Positions 9,665-18,930 of a stretch of 64,000 nucleotides of DNA are shown here, one piece after another. Numbering within the stretch: the stretch's first letter is position 1; each line of letters starts with the position of its first letter. The notes below the pieces were generated by a model, which saw only the letters and a list, made by a program, of their open reading frames with translations, did no database searches and had not been told where the DNA came from. The DNA lies in NCBI GenBank assembly GCA_965204155.1, contig OZ241971.1, positions 2,560,100 through 2,624,099 of the forward strand. The letters run 5' to 3'. The stretch comes from Candidatus Rariloculaceae bacterium. GTDB lineage: Bacteria > Pseudomonadota > Gammaproteobacteria > Steroidobacterales > Rariloculaceae. A program made the position numbers and the translations under genes.

Positions 9665-11407
9665 ATGAGGAAAATTCGGGAAACCGGTCGTGCCTACGGC
9701 GGAGAGTTTACGACGGGGACGATCCGGGGATTGATCGCGGTGTCGGCGCTGCTGGTTCTGGGTCACGGATTGTTGAGCGCGCAGGAAGCGCCTGATCGCA
9801 TTTTCGTCAACGGCAAGATCGTCACCGTGGACGACTATTTCTCCATTCGGGAGGCCGTCGCCGTGCTGGGGGAACGGTTCCTGGCCACCGGCAGCAGCGA
9901 GGAGATGCGGGCGTTCGCGGACGCCGATACGGTCGTAACGGACCTGGGCGGGCGCACCGTGATTCCGGGGCTCATCGACAACCACAACCACGTCATCCGC
10001 GCGACGGAGTACTGGCCCAACGAAGCCCGCTTGGACGGCGTCACCAGCCGCGCCGAGGCGCTTGCGATCCTGCGTGCCAAGGGCGACGCGTTGCCCGATG
10101 GTGTGTGGTTGATGTCGCTGGGCGGCTGGAGCGAGGCGCAGTTCCTCGACAGTCAGGAAGATTTCACGCTCGCGGAACTGGATGCGCTGGCGGCGGATCG
10201 GCCCGTCTTCATCCAGGCGCTCTACAGCCACGCCTACGCGAATACAGCCTGGTTCGAGGCCATGGGCATTCCGCTCAGCGCAAACGCGGATGAGCAGGCC
10301 GCGGCGGAGGGCCTGGCGGCGCGGGTCGTGCGCGACGGAAGCGGGCGGGCGACGGGGCGGCTCAACGGGGGGTTCCCCATGGTCGAAGAGGCCCTGCTGG
10401 GCTTCCCGCCGGTTTCTCCGGAGGCGCAGGTCGAGGCGGTCAAGACGGCCTTCCTGCACCTCAACAGCATCGGGCTCACGGCGGTCTACGATCCCGCCGG
10501 GGTCGGTATTCGCCGCGAGGGCTACGCCAGGATTCGGGAGATTGCGGCGGACGGAGAGTTGACGCTGCGCGTCTACCATACGCTCGGCGGCAGCATGCCC
10601 AGGACGCCGCAGGACGCGCAGGATCTCATCGCCGAGATCGAGGCGTCGAAGCCCTTTCAGGGAGACGACTTCGTCGACCTGATCGCGGTCGGGGAGATCT
10701 ACTACGCACCGTTCCACTGGGACGGGACCACCGAAGCCATGGAGCCCGGCGAAGAGGACATCCACTGGGCGAGAGAAATCCTGCTGGCGAGCGCCCGGGG
10801 AGGCTGGTCGGTACAGACCCACGCCGTCCAGCCGGCGACGATCGACCATCTGCTCGACCTGACGGAGGAGCTGAACGCCGTCCACCCCGTGCGCCCGCTG
10901 CGCTGGACCATCACCCATGCGGACAACATCACCGCGGAGCAACTTGAGCGCGTCCGGCGCCTGGGCATGAACGTCCAACTGCGCAGCAACCCGGTCATGG
11001 GCGGCCGCGAACCGGTTTTCGAGCACTTCGGCGACGCGGCCTACCACATGCCTCCGCTGCGCACCGCCCAGGAGAGCGGAGTCTCCTACGGACTGGGAAC
11101 CGACGGCACCAAAGCTGCGCAGATCAATCCCTTCGTCACCCTGTGGTGGGCAATCACCGGCAAGGCGCTCAACGGCGAGGTCATCCAGCACCAGACCCTG
11201 ACGCGCGAGGAGGCGTTGATCGCCACCACGCGTGCCAACGCGCACCTGATGTTCATGGAGCACGACATCGGCGCGATCAAGCCGGGGTTGCTGGCCGACA
11301 TGGTGGTATTGGACCGGGATTACATGACGGTTCCGGAAGACGAGATCAAGGAGATTCGTCCGGTCGCCACCATGGTGGGCGGGAGAATTGTTTACGGGGA
11401 ACTGTAG
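9665..11407 (+). CDS. Amidohydrolase-family metallohydrolase (Amidohydro_3 / YtcJ-like), secreted or membrane-anchored
   Basis: Internal ATG (MRKIRETG) followed by a hydrophobic segment. PGLIDNHNHV metal-binding HxH motif; about 580 aa. Confidence 0.8.
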   Translation: MRKIRETGRAYGGEFTTGTIRGLIAVSALLVLGHGLLSAQEAPDRIFVNGKIVTVDDYFSIREAVAVLGERFLATGSSEEMRAFADADTVVTDLGGRTVIPGLIDNHNHVIRATEYWPNEARLDGVTSRAEALAILRAKGDALPDGVWLMSLGGWSEAQFLDSQEDFTLAELDALAADRPVFIQALYSHAYANTAWFEAMGIPLSANADEQAAAEGLAARVVRDGSGRATGRLNGGFPMVEEALLGFPPVSPEAQVEAVKTAFLHLNSIGLTAVYDPAGVGIRREGYARIREIAADGELTLRVYHTLGGSMPRTPQDAQDLIAEIEASKPFQGDDFVDLIAVGEIYYAPFHWDGTTEAMEPGEEDIHWAREILLASARGGWSVQTHAVQPATIDHLLDLTEELNAVHPVRPLRWTITHADNITAEQLERVRRLGMNVQLRSNPVMGGREPVFEHFGDAAYHMPPLRTAQESGVSYGLGTDGTKAAQINPFVTLWWAITGKALNGEVIQHQTLTREEALIATTRANAHLMFMEHDIGAIKPGLLADMVVLDRDYMTVPEDEIKEIRPVATMVGGRIVYGEL

Positions 11408-11516
11408 GCCCGGCTCCGCGCCATCCACCGGTCACGAGCGTCGGCCGCGAAGAAACTTCCTGGTTGCCGATGGGACCCGGTGCGGGGATATGAGGAGCAG
11501 GCGATACGCGCGGGCT

Positions 11517-11549
11517 GTTGCCGCAATGCGGGCAACGATGATCTTTTCC
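11517..11549 (+). terminator. Weak terminator-like hairpin between convergent genes
   Basis: GTTGCCGC-AAT-GCGGGCAAC stem (one bulge) followed 7 nt later by CTTTTCC. The short, displaced T-tract makes this weak. Confidence 0.3.
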
Positions 11550-11559
11550 TGATTGACGG

Positions 11560-12648
11560 CTACCACTTGCCCGGCAAGTCGCCGACGCGCTCGTAAGCCT
11601 CACCGATCAACACGCCGAGTTCCCGCGCCTCCCCCTCGCCCAGGTGGATGCTCGGGCGGCCGTGGGCGAAACGGTAGTTGCAGACGATGGCGATGTCGCC
11701 GACGTTCCATTCGATGGGAATACCGAATTCGTCGTAGACGTCGACGAACGCCTGTTTCTCCTCCCGGGACATCTCGCTGCCGTCGCCGAATGTCAACTTC
11801 AGGGGCCGCTCTTCGTAGGGCAGGTGCATGACCTTCGGCCAGGCGTCGAACCACATGCCGTCGTCGGCGATGCTGCTGTAGAGCACGTTCCGGTCCCGTT
11901 GCGGGAAGTACTCGAAGGCCGAAATGTAGTAGCGCGTCTTCAGGAGGCGGTTGGGGCCCCATTCCACCTCCAGTCCCTTGGCGCGGGCCTGCTCCTCGGC
12001 CTCATCCGGATCGTCGGTCATCATGGACTTCTGCCAGTGGTTGTAGACGCCGATCTGGGGCGTTCCGGCGAAGGCTTCGCGATCGGTGAGATTGCGGTGA
12101 TAGCAGAGCCCGTACTTTCTGAGCTTGCGCCCGAGATCGGTTTGCAGGATGGCATCCGTAGCCTGGAGGTTATCGGAAACGAACGTGTACCCGCGCCCGG
12201 GAATTGCCCTGTTGCACAGGAATCCCAGCATCCGCGTGCTGTGCCCGACATAGGCCATCTCGTGGTGGTAGTGCAGCCACGCCTCGAGCGGCGCGCCCAC
12301 CTCGTACACGTTGGGCTCCAGCCGGTCGCGCGGATTGGCGCCGCCCTCGTAGAGCATCTCCCGGTCGATGACGAGCTTGGCGAACCGCCGCATGGCCTGC
12401 AGGTCGGTCAGCCCCGTGTTGACCAGGTAAACCAGGCCGACCCCGTCGAACGTGCGGTTCATGCGCCGGGCCAGTTCGCTGTCCGGGTCGAGGTCTGCCT
12501 CGCCCATGGCGTACTCGCCGCAGTCGATGGTGAATGACGCCGGCGGCAACGCCGGCGCGCCCCTCCACCAGCGCGGCTCGATCACGCCGGGCAGCGGCCG
12601 GGTCAGATCAGCGACGATATCGGATGCGGTACTCATTTCAATTTCCAT
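11560..12648 (-). CDS. Fe(II)/2-oxoglutarate dioxygenase, TauD/TfdA / clavaminate-synthase-like
   Basis: About 362 aa. Putative HxE facial-triad segment (HYHHEMAY) and distal FAHGRP. Start is ambiguous among 12636, 12648 and 12675. Confidence 0.55.
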   Translation of the reverse strand: MEIEMSTASDIVADLTRPLPGVIEPRWWRGAPALPPASFTIDCGEYAMGEADLDPDSELARRMNRTFDGVGLVYLVNTGLTDLQAMRRFAKLVIDREMLYEGGANPRDRLEPNVYEVGAPLEAWLHYHHEMAYVGHSTRMLGFLCNRAIPGRGYTFVSDNLQATDAILQTDLGRKLRKYGLCYHRNLTDREAFAGTPQIGVYNHWQKSMMTDDPDEAEEQARAKGLEVEWGPNRLLKTRYYISAFEYFPQRDRNVLYSSIADDGMWFDAWPKVMHLPYEERPLKLTFGDGSEMSREEKQAFVDVYDEFGIPIEWNVGDIAIVCNYRFAHGRPSIHLGEGEARELGVLIGEAYERVGDLPGKW

Positions 12649-12741
12649 ATTGCCTACGGCGACGGCGCTGCTCAAGCGTAAGTTGCTGGCCTTGCTGTCT
12701 ACGCCAGTGACTTATGTACGTCAATGGCGTAGTATCCCAAC

Positions 12742-12843
12742 ATGAAACTTACCTTCATCGAAACACCTGTCTTTACTGCGCTCATCACCGGTCTCCTTGA
12801 AGATGAAGACTATGGACGAGAAACTGTTTGCAAAACTGATTGA
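12742..12843 (+). pseudogene. Truncated RelE/HigB-type toxin remnant (first ~24 codons only)
   Basis: ATG at 12742 encodes MKLTFIETPVFTALITGLLEDEDY. This matches the conserved N-terminus (FIETPxFT...LLSDDEY) of toxins paired with this HTH antitoxin family. The frame then runs into the antitoxin gene out of frame and stops after 33 codons. Confidence 0.55.
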
Positions 12844-13108
12844 GAGCGCGTCTCAGGCGGCGGAAATCGTACGTGGCGACCGCGCTCCGTCACGTACTTT
12901 TGAAGTTACGTCGGAAATCGTGCGCGAAATTCGGGAGAGCACTGGATTGTCCCAGGAGAAGTTTGCGGGACTCTTTCACATATCCGTTGGCACACTACGA
13001 AATTGGGAACAAGGGCGCCGTCGGCCCGATGGACCGGCAGCCGCCTTGTTGACCGCGATCAAGAATGACCCGGAGCATGTTGTAGCTGCTCTGAATTCGG
13101 TCGGGTAG
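12797..13108 (+). CDS. XRE-type HTH antitoxin (HigA/NadS-like), orphan
   Basis: HTH segment TGLSQEKFAGLFHISVGTLRNWEQGRRRP. The track uses a TTG start; ATG at 12803 or 12812 is more likely. Confidence 0.72.
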   Translation: MKMKTMDEKLFAKLIESASQAAEIVRGDRAPSRTFEVTSEIVREIRESTGLSQEKFAGLFHISVGTLRNWEQGRRRPDGPAAALLTAIKNDPEHVVAALNSVG

Positions 13109-13232
13109 TGCGCTGAATCGATTACCGGGCCTGGCTGCGTGCATTGCTCCTCTGTCGATCAAGTATTTTGGTGTCCCGCGCTTTCGGATATTTCATCGAG
13201 AGTGCGGTCCGCCCTCGCTGTCGCGCAAGGAA

Positions 13233-13508
13233 TTAACGGCGAATACCGCGCTCGGCCGCGAATTCGGTGGTGAATTCATGCAATTTTCGTCCCTCTTCCG
13301 AAAGTGCCTGCCTTGCGCTTTGCAGACTCTCGGCATATTGCGCGAGTTCCGCCATCTGCTCGTAGGTTTCGGCGTCCTGGACCACCACGGCGGCCTTGCC
13401 GTTGACCGTCAGGATCTCTGCACGCTTGTGTTCCATGAGCCGTTTGATGTGCTCCGCCGGCTTGCGGGTGAATTCAGTCACCGTATGGATCGATGAGTAT
13501 CGAAACAT
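13233..13508 (-). CDS. Phd/YefM-family antitoxin, orphan
   Basis: 91 aa; N-terminal pattern IHTVTEFTRKPAEHIKRLMEHKRAEILTVNGKAAVVVQD is typical of Phd/YefM. Confidence 0.78.
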   Translation of the reverse strand: MFRYSSIHTVTEFTRKPAEHIKRLMEHKRAEILTVNGKAAVVVQDAETYEQMAELAQYAESLQSARQALSEEGRKLHEFTTEFAAERGIRR

Positions 13509-13528
13509 TTTCGTATCCCTCGTGGTCG

Positions 13529-13552
13529 CAGAACAATGTGACTATTGTCTGT
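13529..13552. promoter_or_regulatory. Candidate antitoxin operator palindrome
   Basis: ACAAT-N6-ATTGT (13533..13548; imperfectly extended to CAGAACAAT/ATTGTCTG), 25-40 nt upstream of the Phd/YefM start. Confidence 0.35.
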
Positions 13553-13604
13553 TTTGACTTCCCGCGGAATCAATACTGGGAGCGACTGGCGGAGACGCCT
13601 CGCG

Positions 13605-14213
13605 TCATGTTTCCCGCAGCATCGAGAAGTGCACGCCATGGGGCCGCGCGGCATGGGCGAGCCAGCGGCACAGGTAGTCGGAAAAGCTTCTGCCGGCGAT
13701 GACGGTGTAGCTGGGCGCGTCGTCAGCAACGGCCAGCACCACTACTGCCTTCGCCAGGCCCGTGCGCGCGCATTGTCCGGGGCCGAATTCCCGGGGGTGC
13801 AGGTCCAGAGCGCAACCCTTGGCCAGCACCGTGCGCGCGTCGCTGCCGCTGACGCGTAGCGCCACGTGCCCGCCGCTGACGTCGTTGACCGCCGCGTGGT
13901 ACCCGGCGAGGGCGTCGGAGAGTTCGCTGGCAAGACCTGCGGCGCGGTCTGTGCCGGACTCGATCAGCCACTCGTCCGGGCCGAGCCAGTAGACGCGGTG
14001 GTCTCCGCCGGTGAATGTATTCCGAGTCAGCGGGATGGGCTGATCCAGTACCTGCGCAGCGGCATTGAAGGTTTCATCTCGACGCTTGTCGAGCCTTAGG
14101 TTGAAAAACCCGCGGCCGGACACCACGCGGACGTCGACGCGAGCCCGGGCTGCGGATTCCGCGGAGGCGAGAAAGGGTTCCAGGCCGTGGCGGCGTGCAG
14201 TCGAGTCAGACAT
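13605..14213 (-). CDS. soxG: Sarcosine oxidase gamma subunit
   Basis: 202 aa at the last position of the soxBDAG order. Sequence pattern is typical of SoxG (…RVYWLGPDEWL…). Confidence 0.85.
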   Translation of the reverse strand: MSDSTARRHGLEPFLASAESAARARVDVRVVSGRGFFNLRLDKRRDETFNAAAQVLDQPIPLTRNTFTGGDHRVYWLGPDEWLIESGTDRAAGLASELSDALAGYHAAVNDVSGGHVALRVSGSDARTVLAKGCALDLHPREFGPGQCARTGLAKAVVVLAVADDAPSYTVIAGRSFSDYLCRWLAHAARPHGVHFSMLRET

Positions 14214-14299
14214 TGTTGCGCCTTCCGCGGTTATTCATATCAGACATGTTGGCGCCACTTTCCGCGCTCGTTCGTTTCAGACATGTTGGCGCCGCCCCT
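14206..14299 (-). repeat. Triplicated soxA-stop/soxG-start junction forming two chained mini-ORFs
   Basis: TCAGACATGTTGGCGCC occurs exactly at 14240..14256 and 14277..14293, with a 3-mismatch copy at 14206..14222. Mini-ORFs are 14240..14284 (MSETNERGKWRQHV) and 14206..14247 (MSDMNNRGRRNNV). Each junction is an ATGTCTGA start/stop overlap. Confidence 0.85.
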
Positions 14300-17200
14300 T
14301 GGGATCGTAGAAGGTCGGCGCAACGATTTGCACCGGCAGCGACTCGCGCTCCGGCAGCGCCGCGTAGACGGTTTCGCCCTTGCGCTTCCGCCCGCCGGCG
14401 ACCAGGGCCAGGGCGATCGGGTGGCCGAGGCAAGCGCTGCGGTAGCTGGAGGTGACGTGACCGCACATGGGTACGGGCGCCGGCTTGCCCGTTTCCTCGA
14501 TGAGCTGGGTTCCCTCGGGTAGTACCGTCCGATCGTCGGAAGACAGGAGACCGACCAACTGTTTGCGGTCTTCCCGCAGGCAATCCGGGCGCCGCAGGGA
14601 ACGCTTGCCGAGAAAGTCCTTCTCCTTCGACAGCAGCCAGTTCATGCCCAGGTCCACGGGCGTGACGGATCCGTCGGTGTCCTGGCCGACGATGATGAAG
14701 CCCTTTTCGGCGCGCAGCACGTGCATGGTTTCGGTCCCGTAGGGCGCGATATCGAATGCCCGGCCGGCCTCGATGACCCGCTCCCACATGGCCAGCGCGC
14801 GGTTGCTGTCGATGTTGATCTCGAACGCCAGTTCACCGGAGAAGCTCACCCGGAACAGGGTGACGCGCATGCCCGCCAGGACGGCGGGCCTGACGGTCAT
14901 GAACGGGAAACTCTCCTTGTCCAGCGGAATGTCGCAGCCGAGCGTTTCCAGCAACCTGCGGCTGTTGGGCCCGACCACTGCGATGGTCGAATAGTGTTCA
15001 GTCAGCGATGTCAGGTAGACCTCCAGCTCCGGCCACTCGGTCTGCAGCCAGCATTCCATCCAGCTCAGCACGTTCGCCGCACCGCCGGTGGTGGTGGTCA
15101 GGTAGAAACGCTGCTCGCCCAGGCGCGCCATCACGCCGTCGTCCATGAGCATGCCGTCCTCGCCCAGCATGATTCCGTAGGCGCAGCGCCCGACCTTCAT
15201 CCGGCCGACGTTGTGGGTGTAGATGCGTTCCAGGAACTCGACGACGTCGGGCCCGCGGGCGTCGATCTTGCCCAGGGTGGAGGCGTCCATCACGCCGACG
15301 GAGTTGCGTACCGCCAGGCATTCCCGCGCCACTGCCCCGTGCAAGTCCTCGCCGTCCCGCGGGAAGTACCATGGCCGGTGCCACTGGCTCACCACTTCCA
15401 TGGGTGCGCCGGCGGCCTCGTGCCACTCGTGGATCGCGGTCTTGCGCACGGGATCGTAGAGTTCGCCGACGCTTTCGCCAGCGCCGACCCCGAAACTCAC
15501 CGGCGTATAGGCCGGGCGGAACGTCGTCGTGCCCACCTCGGGAATGGTCTTGCCGAGTATGTCGGCCAGCACGGCCATGCCATTGATGTTGGCGAGTTTG
15601 CCCTGGTCGGTGCCGAAGCCCAGCGCCGTGTAGCGCTTGACGTGCTCGACGTTGCGATAGCCTTCGCGCACGGCAAGGCGGACGTCGGCGACGCTGGTGT
15701 CGTTCTGGAAGTCGATGAATTGCTTCGGGCAGCGATCCGCGTCCTTCGCCGCCGGTACGCGCCAAAGGGCCTCGATCGGGTTCTCCGCGACGCCGGACGT
15801 GATTGGCGGTTCGATGGCCGGGGGTCTCAGCCCGAGTTTCGACACCGCTACCGTGCCGGCCCGCACGCCGTCGGCCAGACACTCGCCGAGGGACTGCCTG
15901 CCGTTGCCCGCGCCGGCCGAATCGTGGGCCTGGCGTGCTTGCGCGGGGACGAAGCCGAGCTGCGCATCGTCCCAGGCCAACCGCCCGCCCGCCTGGGAGT
16001 GCAGGTGAACGGCCGGGCTCCAGCCTCCGGACACGGCCACCAGATCGCAGTCGATGCGGATCGAAGGGGTCACGCTTGCCCAACTGTCGCCGCTCCACCT
16101 GGCGATGCTGGCGCCCCTGACACGACTCCGGCCTAGCACATCGGTTATCACGTGTCCTGCCAATACCGGAATCCCCAAGTCTCGCACCCGGCCGCCGAGA
16201 TCCCCACCGCCGCCGGGGCGGCTGTCGACGATGGCGGCCACCTCCGCGCCGGCATCGGCCAGGCTCATCGCTGTTCGATAGGCGGAGTCGTTGTTGGTAA
16301 AGACCACCGCACGGCGGCCCGGCAGGACGGCATACCGTTGGATATAGGCCGAGACGGCCGACGCCTGCATCACGCCGGGCCGGTCGTTGTTGCAGAACAC
16401 CAGCGGCCGCTCGAAGCTGCCCTGGGCCAGCACCACCTGCCTGGCCCGCACGCGCCAGAGCCGCCCTGCCACGGTTTCGCCGCTCCCGCGCCCTGCCGCG
16501 GCGTCGCCGCGATCCTGGTGCGAATCCTCGGCGCCGGCGTGCGCAATGCCCACGTGGCTGGAACAGCGCTCCGCAATCGTCAGGAAGTTGTGGTCGTGGT
16601 AGCCGAACACGGTGCTGCGGGGCAGCAGGATGCAATCCGCGTGGTCACCAAGTTCAGCCACTACTCCGGCGGCCCACTCCGCGCCTGGCTTGCCGTCGAT
16701 GCTGTCGGTGCAAGCCAGCAGGCTGCCGCCAAACTCGTTCTGTTCGTCGGCGAGAATCACGCGGGCGCCGGACCTCGCCGCCGCCAGCGCCGCCATCAGG
16801 CCGGCCGGTCCGCCCCCGGCCACCAGCACTTCGCAGTGCGCGTTCATGTGCTCGTAGGTGCCGGGATCGGGCTCCTCCGGCGCCCGGCCGAAGCCGGCCG
16901 ACGCGCGGATCAGGCGCTCGTAGAGCTTCCACAACGAGCGCGGGTACATGAACGTCTTGTAGTAGAAACCGGCGGCCAGCATTCGTCCAAAGACGTCATT
17001 CATTGCACCGATATCCAAGCGCACCGTGGGCCAGCCCTTCGTCGAGCGCGCCACCAGCCCGTCGTGGAGTTCCACCTGCGTCGCCAGGAGGTTCGGCTGC
17101 GCGGCGGCGCCTTCGCCCACCTGCATGATCGCGTTGGGTTCTTCCGCGCCGCTGCCGACGATCCCGCGCGGGCGGCGCAACTTGAAGCTGCGCCCCACCA

Positions 17201-17345
17201 GGGACACGCCGTTGGCGATCAGCGCAGAAGCCAGCGTGTCGCCTGCGAATCCCTCGCAAGTCTTGCCGTTGAAGGAGAAGGACAAGGGCTGCGCCCGGTC
17301 GATCCGCCCTCCCTGCTGCAAACGATTCGGCTGCGCGACCGCCAT
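14277..17345 (-). CDS. soxA: Sarcosine oxidase alpha subunit
   Basis: Conserved N-terminus MAVAQPNRLQQGGRIDR…FNGKTCEGFAGDTLASALIANGV begins at Met52 of track ORF 14277..17498. About 1022 aa with a GcvT-like C-terminal domain. Confidence 0.9.
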   Translation of the reverse strand: MAVAQPNRLQQGGRIDRAQPLSFSFNGKTCEGFAGDTLASALIANGVSLVGRSFKLRRPRGIVGSGAEEPNAIMQVGEGAAAQPNLLATQVELHDGLVARSTKGWPTVRLDIGAMNDVFGRMLAAGFYYKTFMYPRSLWKLYERLIRASAGFGRAPEEPDPGTYEHMNAHCEVLVAGGGPAGLMAALAAARSGARVILADEQNEFGGSLLACTDSIDGKPGAEWAAGVVAELGDHADCILLPRSTVFGYHDHNFLTIAERCSSHVGIAHAGAEDSHQDRGDAAAGRGSGETVAGRLWRVRARQVVLAQGSFERPLVFCNNDRPGVMQASAVSAYIQRYAVLPGRRAVVFTNNDSAYRTAMSLADAGAEVAAIVDSRPGGGGDLGGRVRDLGIPVLAGHVITDVLGRSRVRGASIARWSGDSWASVTPSIRIDCDLVAVSGGWSPAVHLHSQAGGRLAWDDAQLGFVPAQARQAHDSAGAGNGRQSLGECLADGVRAGTVAVSKLGLRPPAIEPPITSGVAENPIEALWRVPAAKDADRCPKQFIDFQNDTSVADVRLAVREGYRNVEHVKRYTALGFGTDQGKLANINGMAVLADILGKTIPEVGTTTFRPAYTPVSFGVGAGESVGELYDPVRKTAIHEWHEAAGAPMEVVSQWHRPWYFPRDGEDLHGAVARECLAVRNSVGVMDASTLGKIDARGPDVVEFLERIYTHNVGRMKVGRCAYGIMLGEDGMLMDDGVMARLGEQRFYLTTTTGGAANVLSWMECWLQTEWPELEVYLTSLTEHYSTIAVVGPNSRRLLETLGCDIPLDKESFPFMTVRPAVLAGMRVTLFRVSFSGELAFEINIDSNRALAMWERVIEAGRAFDIAPYGTETMHVLRAEKGFIIVGQDTDGSVTPVDLGMNWLLSKEKDFLGKRSLRRPDCLREDRKQLVGLLSSDDRTVLPEGTQLIEETGKPAPVPMCGHVTSSYRSACLGHPIALALVAGGRKRKGETVYAALPERESLPVQIVAPTFYDPKGRRQHV

Positions 17346-17347
17346 GG

Positions 17348-17611
17348 TCAGCCACCGTCCAGCGTGTAACTGCGCTCGATGCGGTAGGTGACCGTATCGC
17401 GCTCCACGCCGAACCATCGCCGGCAGCCGTGGGCGTGATTCCACAATTCCCGGTGGGCGCCGCGCGGGTTGGCGCGGTTGAACAGGTAGTCGGCCCATTC
17501 CGCGTCGCTCAGCGCGTCCGGGTCCGGCGGCCGCACGATGCCCGCCTCACCACCGTAGCTGAACTCGGTCTCGGCCCGGGACCCGCACCATGGGCATTCG
17601 ATCAAAAGCAT
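17348..17611 (-). CDS. soxD: Sarcosine oxidase delta subunit
   Basis: 87 aa with the MLLIECPWCG…HGC zinc-site pattern characteristic of SoxD. Confidence 0.9.
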   Translation of the reverse strand: MLLIECPWCGSRAETEFSYGGEAGIVRPPDPDALSDAEWADYLFNRANPRGAHRELWNHAHGCRRWFGVERDTVTYRIERSYTLDGG

Positions 17612-17630
17612 GGCATTGAACCCGTGAGCG

Positions 17631-18881
17631 CTAGTGCGCCACCGCCGCGGCGCCGTGCTCGTCGATCAGCGCGCCTGTAGCAAACCGCTCCAGGCTGAAG
17701 GGCGCGTTGAGTTCGTGGGGTTCGTCGTGGGCCATGGTGTGCGCGAACACCCAGCCGGAGCCGGGTGTCGACTTGAAGCCGCCGGTGCCCCATCCGCAGT
17801 TGAAGTAAAGGCCCTGTACGGGCGTCTTCGAGACGATCGGACATGCATCCGGGCAGACATCGACGATGCCGCCCCAGAGCCTGAGCATGCGCACCCGGCT
17901 GAACACCGGGAACAGCTCGATGATCGCCTGCATCGTGTGTTCGATGATGTGGAAGCTGCCCCGCTGGCCGTAGCCGTTGTACGCGTCGATGCCGGCGCCG
18001 ATCACCAGTTCGCCCTTGTCGGACTGGCTGATGTAGCCGTGCACCGCCCCGGACATGACCACCGTGTCCAGCACCGGCTTGATGGGCTCGGAGACGAACG
18101 CCTGCAGCGGATGGCTCTCGATGGGCAGGCGCAGGTCCGCCATCCTGGCCAGCACGCTGGCGTGGCCGGCCACCACGACGCCGATGCGGTTCGAGGCGAT
18201 GGGGCCGCGCGTCGTCTGCACGCCCACGGCCCTGCCGCCCCGGACATCGATACCCGTGACCTCGCACTGTTCGATGATGTCGACGCCGAGCGCGTCGGCG
18301 GCCCGCGCGAAGCCCCAGGCGACGGCATCGTGACGCGCCACCCCCGCGCGGCGCTGCAGCGACGCGCCGAGGATCGGATAACGCGCATCCGGTGAAATAT
18401 TGAGGTGCGGAATCGCCTTGCCGAGTTCGGCCGCGCTGACGACCTCGGCGTCAATGCCGTTGAGCCGGTTGGCGTTGACGCGCCGCTCGATGTCCCGCAT
18501 GTCCTGCAGCGAGTGAGCCAGGTTGTAGACGCCGCGCTGGCTGAACATGACGTTGTAATTCAGATCCTGGCTCAGTCCCTCCCACAGCTTCATGGATTTC
18601 TCGTACAGCAGCGAGGATTCGGTCCACAGGTAGTTGGAGCGCACGATGGTGGTATTGCGCCCGGTGTTGCCCCCGCCGATCCAGCCCTTCTCCAGCACCG
18701 CGACGTTGCGGATGCCGTGATTCCTGGCCAGGTAGTAGGCGGTCGCAAGCCCGTGGCCGCCGCCGCCGACGATGATGGCGTCGTAGCTCTTCTCCGGTTC
18801 AGGACTGCGCCACGCCTCGCGCCAGTTCCTGTTGTAACTGAGCGCATTGCGCAGCAGCCCGAGCGCCGAGTATCGCTTCAT
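17631..18881 (-). CDS. soxB: Sarcosine oxidase beta subunit
   Basis: Starts at Met56 of the track ORF ([20 protein letters not shown]…[20 protein letters not shown]); 416 aa. Confidence 0.9.
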   Translation of the reverse strand: MKRYSALGLLRNALSYNRNWREAWRSPEPEKSYDAIIVGGGGHGLATAYYLARNHGIRNVAVLEKGWIGGGNTGRNTTIVRSNYLWTESSLLYEKSMKLWEGLSQDLNYNVMFSQRGVYNLAHSLQDMRDIERRVNANRLNGIDAEVVSAAELGKAIPHLNISPDARYPILGASLQRRAGVARHDAVAWGFARAADALGVDIIEQCEVTGIDVRGGRAVGVQTTRGPIASNRIGVVVAGHASVLARMADLRLPIESHPLQAFVSEPIKPVLDTVVMSGAVHGYISQSDKGELVIGAGIDAYNGYGQRGSFHIIEHTMQAIIELFPVFSRVRMLRLWGGIVDVCPDACPIVSKTPVQGLYFNCGWGTGGFKSTPGSGWVFAHTMAHDEPHELNAPFSLERFATGALIDEHGAAAVAH

Positions 18882-18930
18882 GATCTCATGCCCGGCCTGC
18901 TCCCGGCCTGCCGAAAACGCCAGGGGAGGC

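Noticed and set aside
13109-13232. Remnant of a RelE/ParE toxin downstream of the Phd/YefM antitoxin (24-codon ORF MKYPKARDTKILDRQRSNARSQAR)
   Set aside because: It is too short and has no convincing similarity to toxin N-termini. I record only that no intact toxin fits in the 124-bp gap.
12650-13600. The TA islet as a mobile genetic element
   Set aside because: No integrase, transposase, tRNA attachment site or flanking direct repeats were recognised. Only decayed TA genes and lower apparent GC support foreign origin.
14277-17498. N-terminal extensions of soxA (to 17498), soxB (to 19046), the methyl-THF transferase (to 24880), nadA (to 52550) and others in the track
   Set aside because: The conserved family N-termini begin at internal Met/Val codons, often with a good RBS. 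The extensions overlap upstream genes and are low-complexity.
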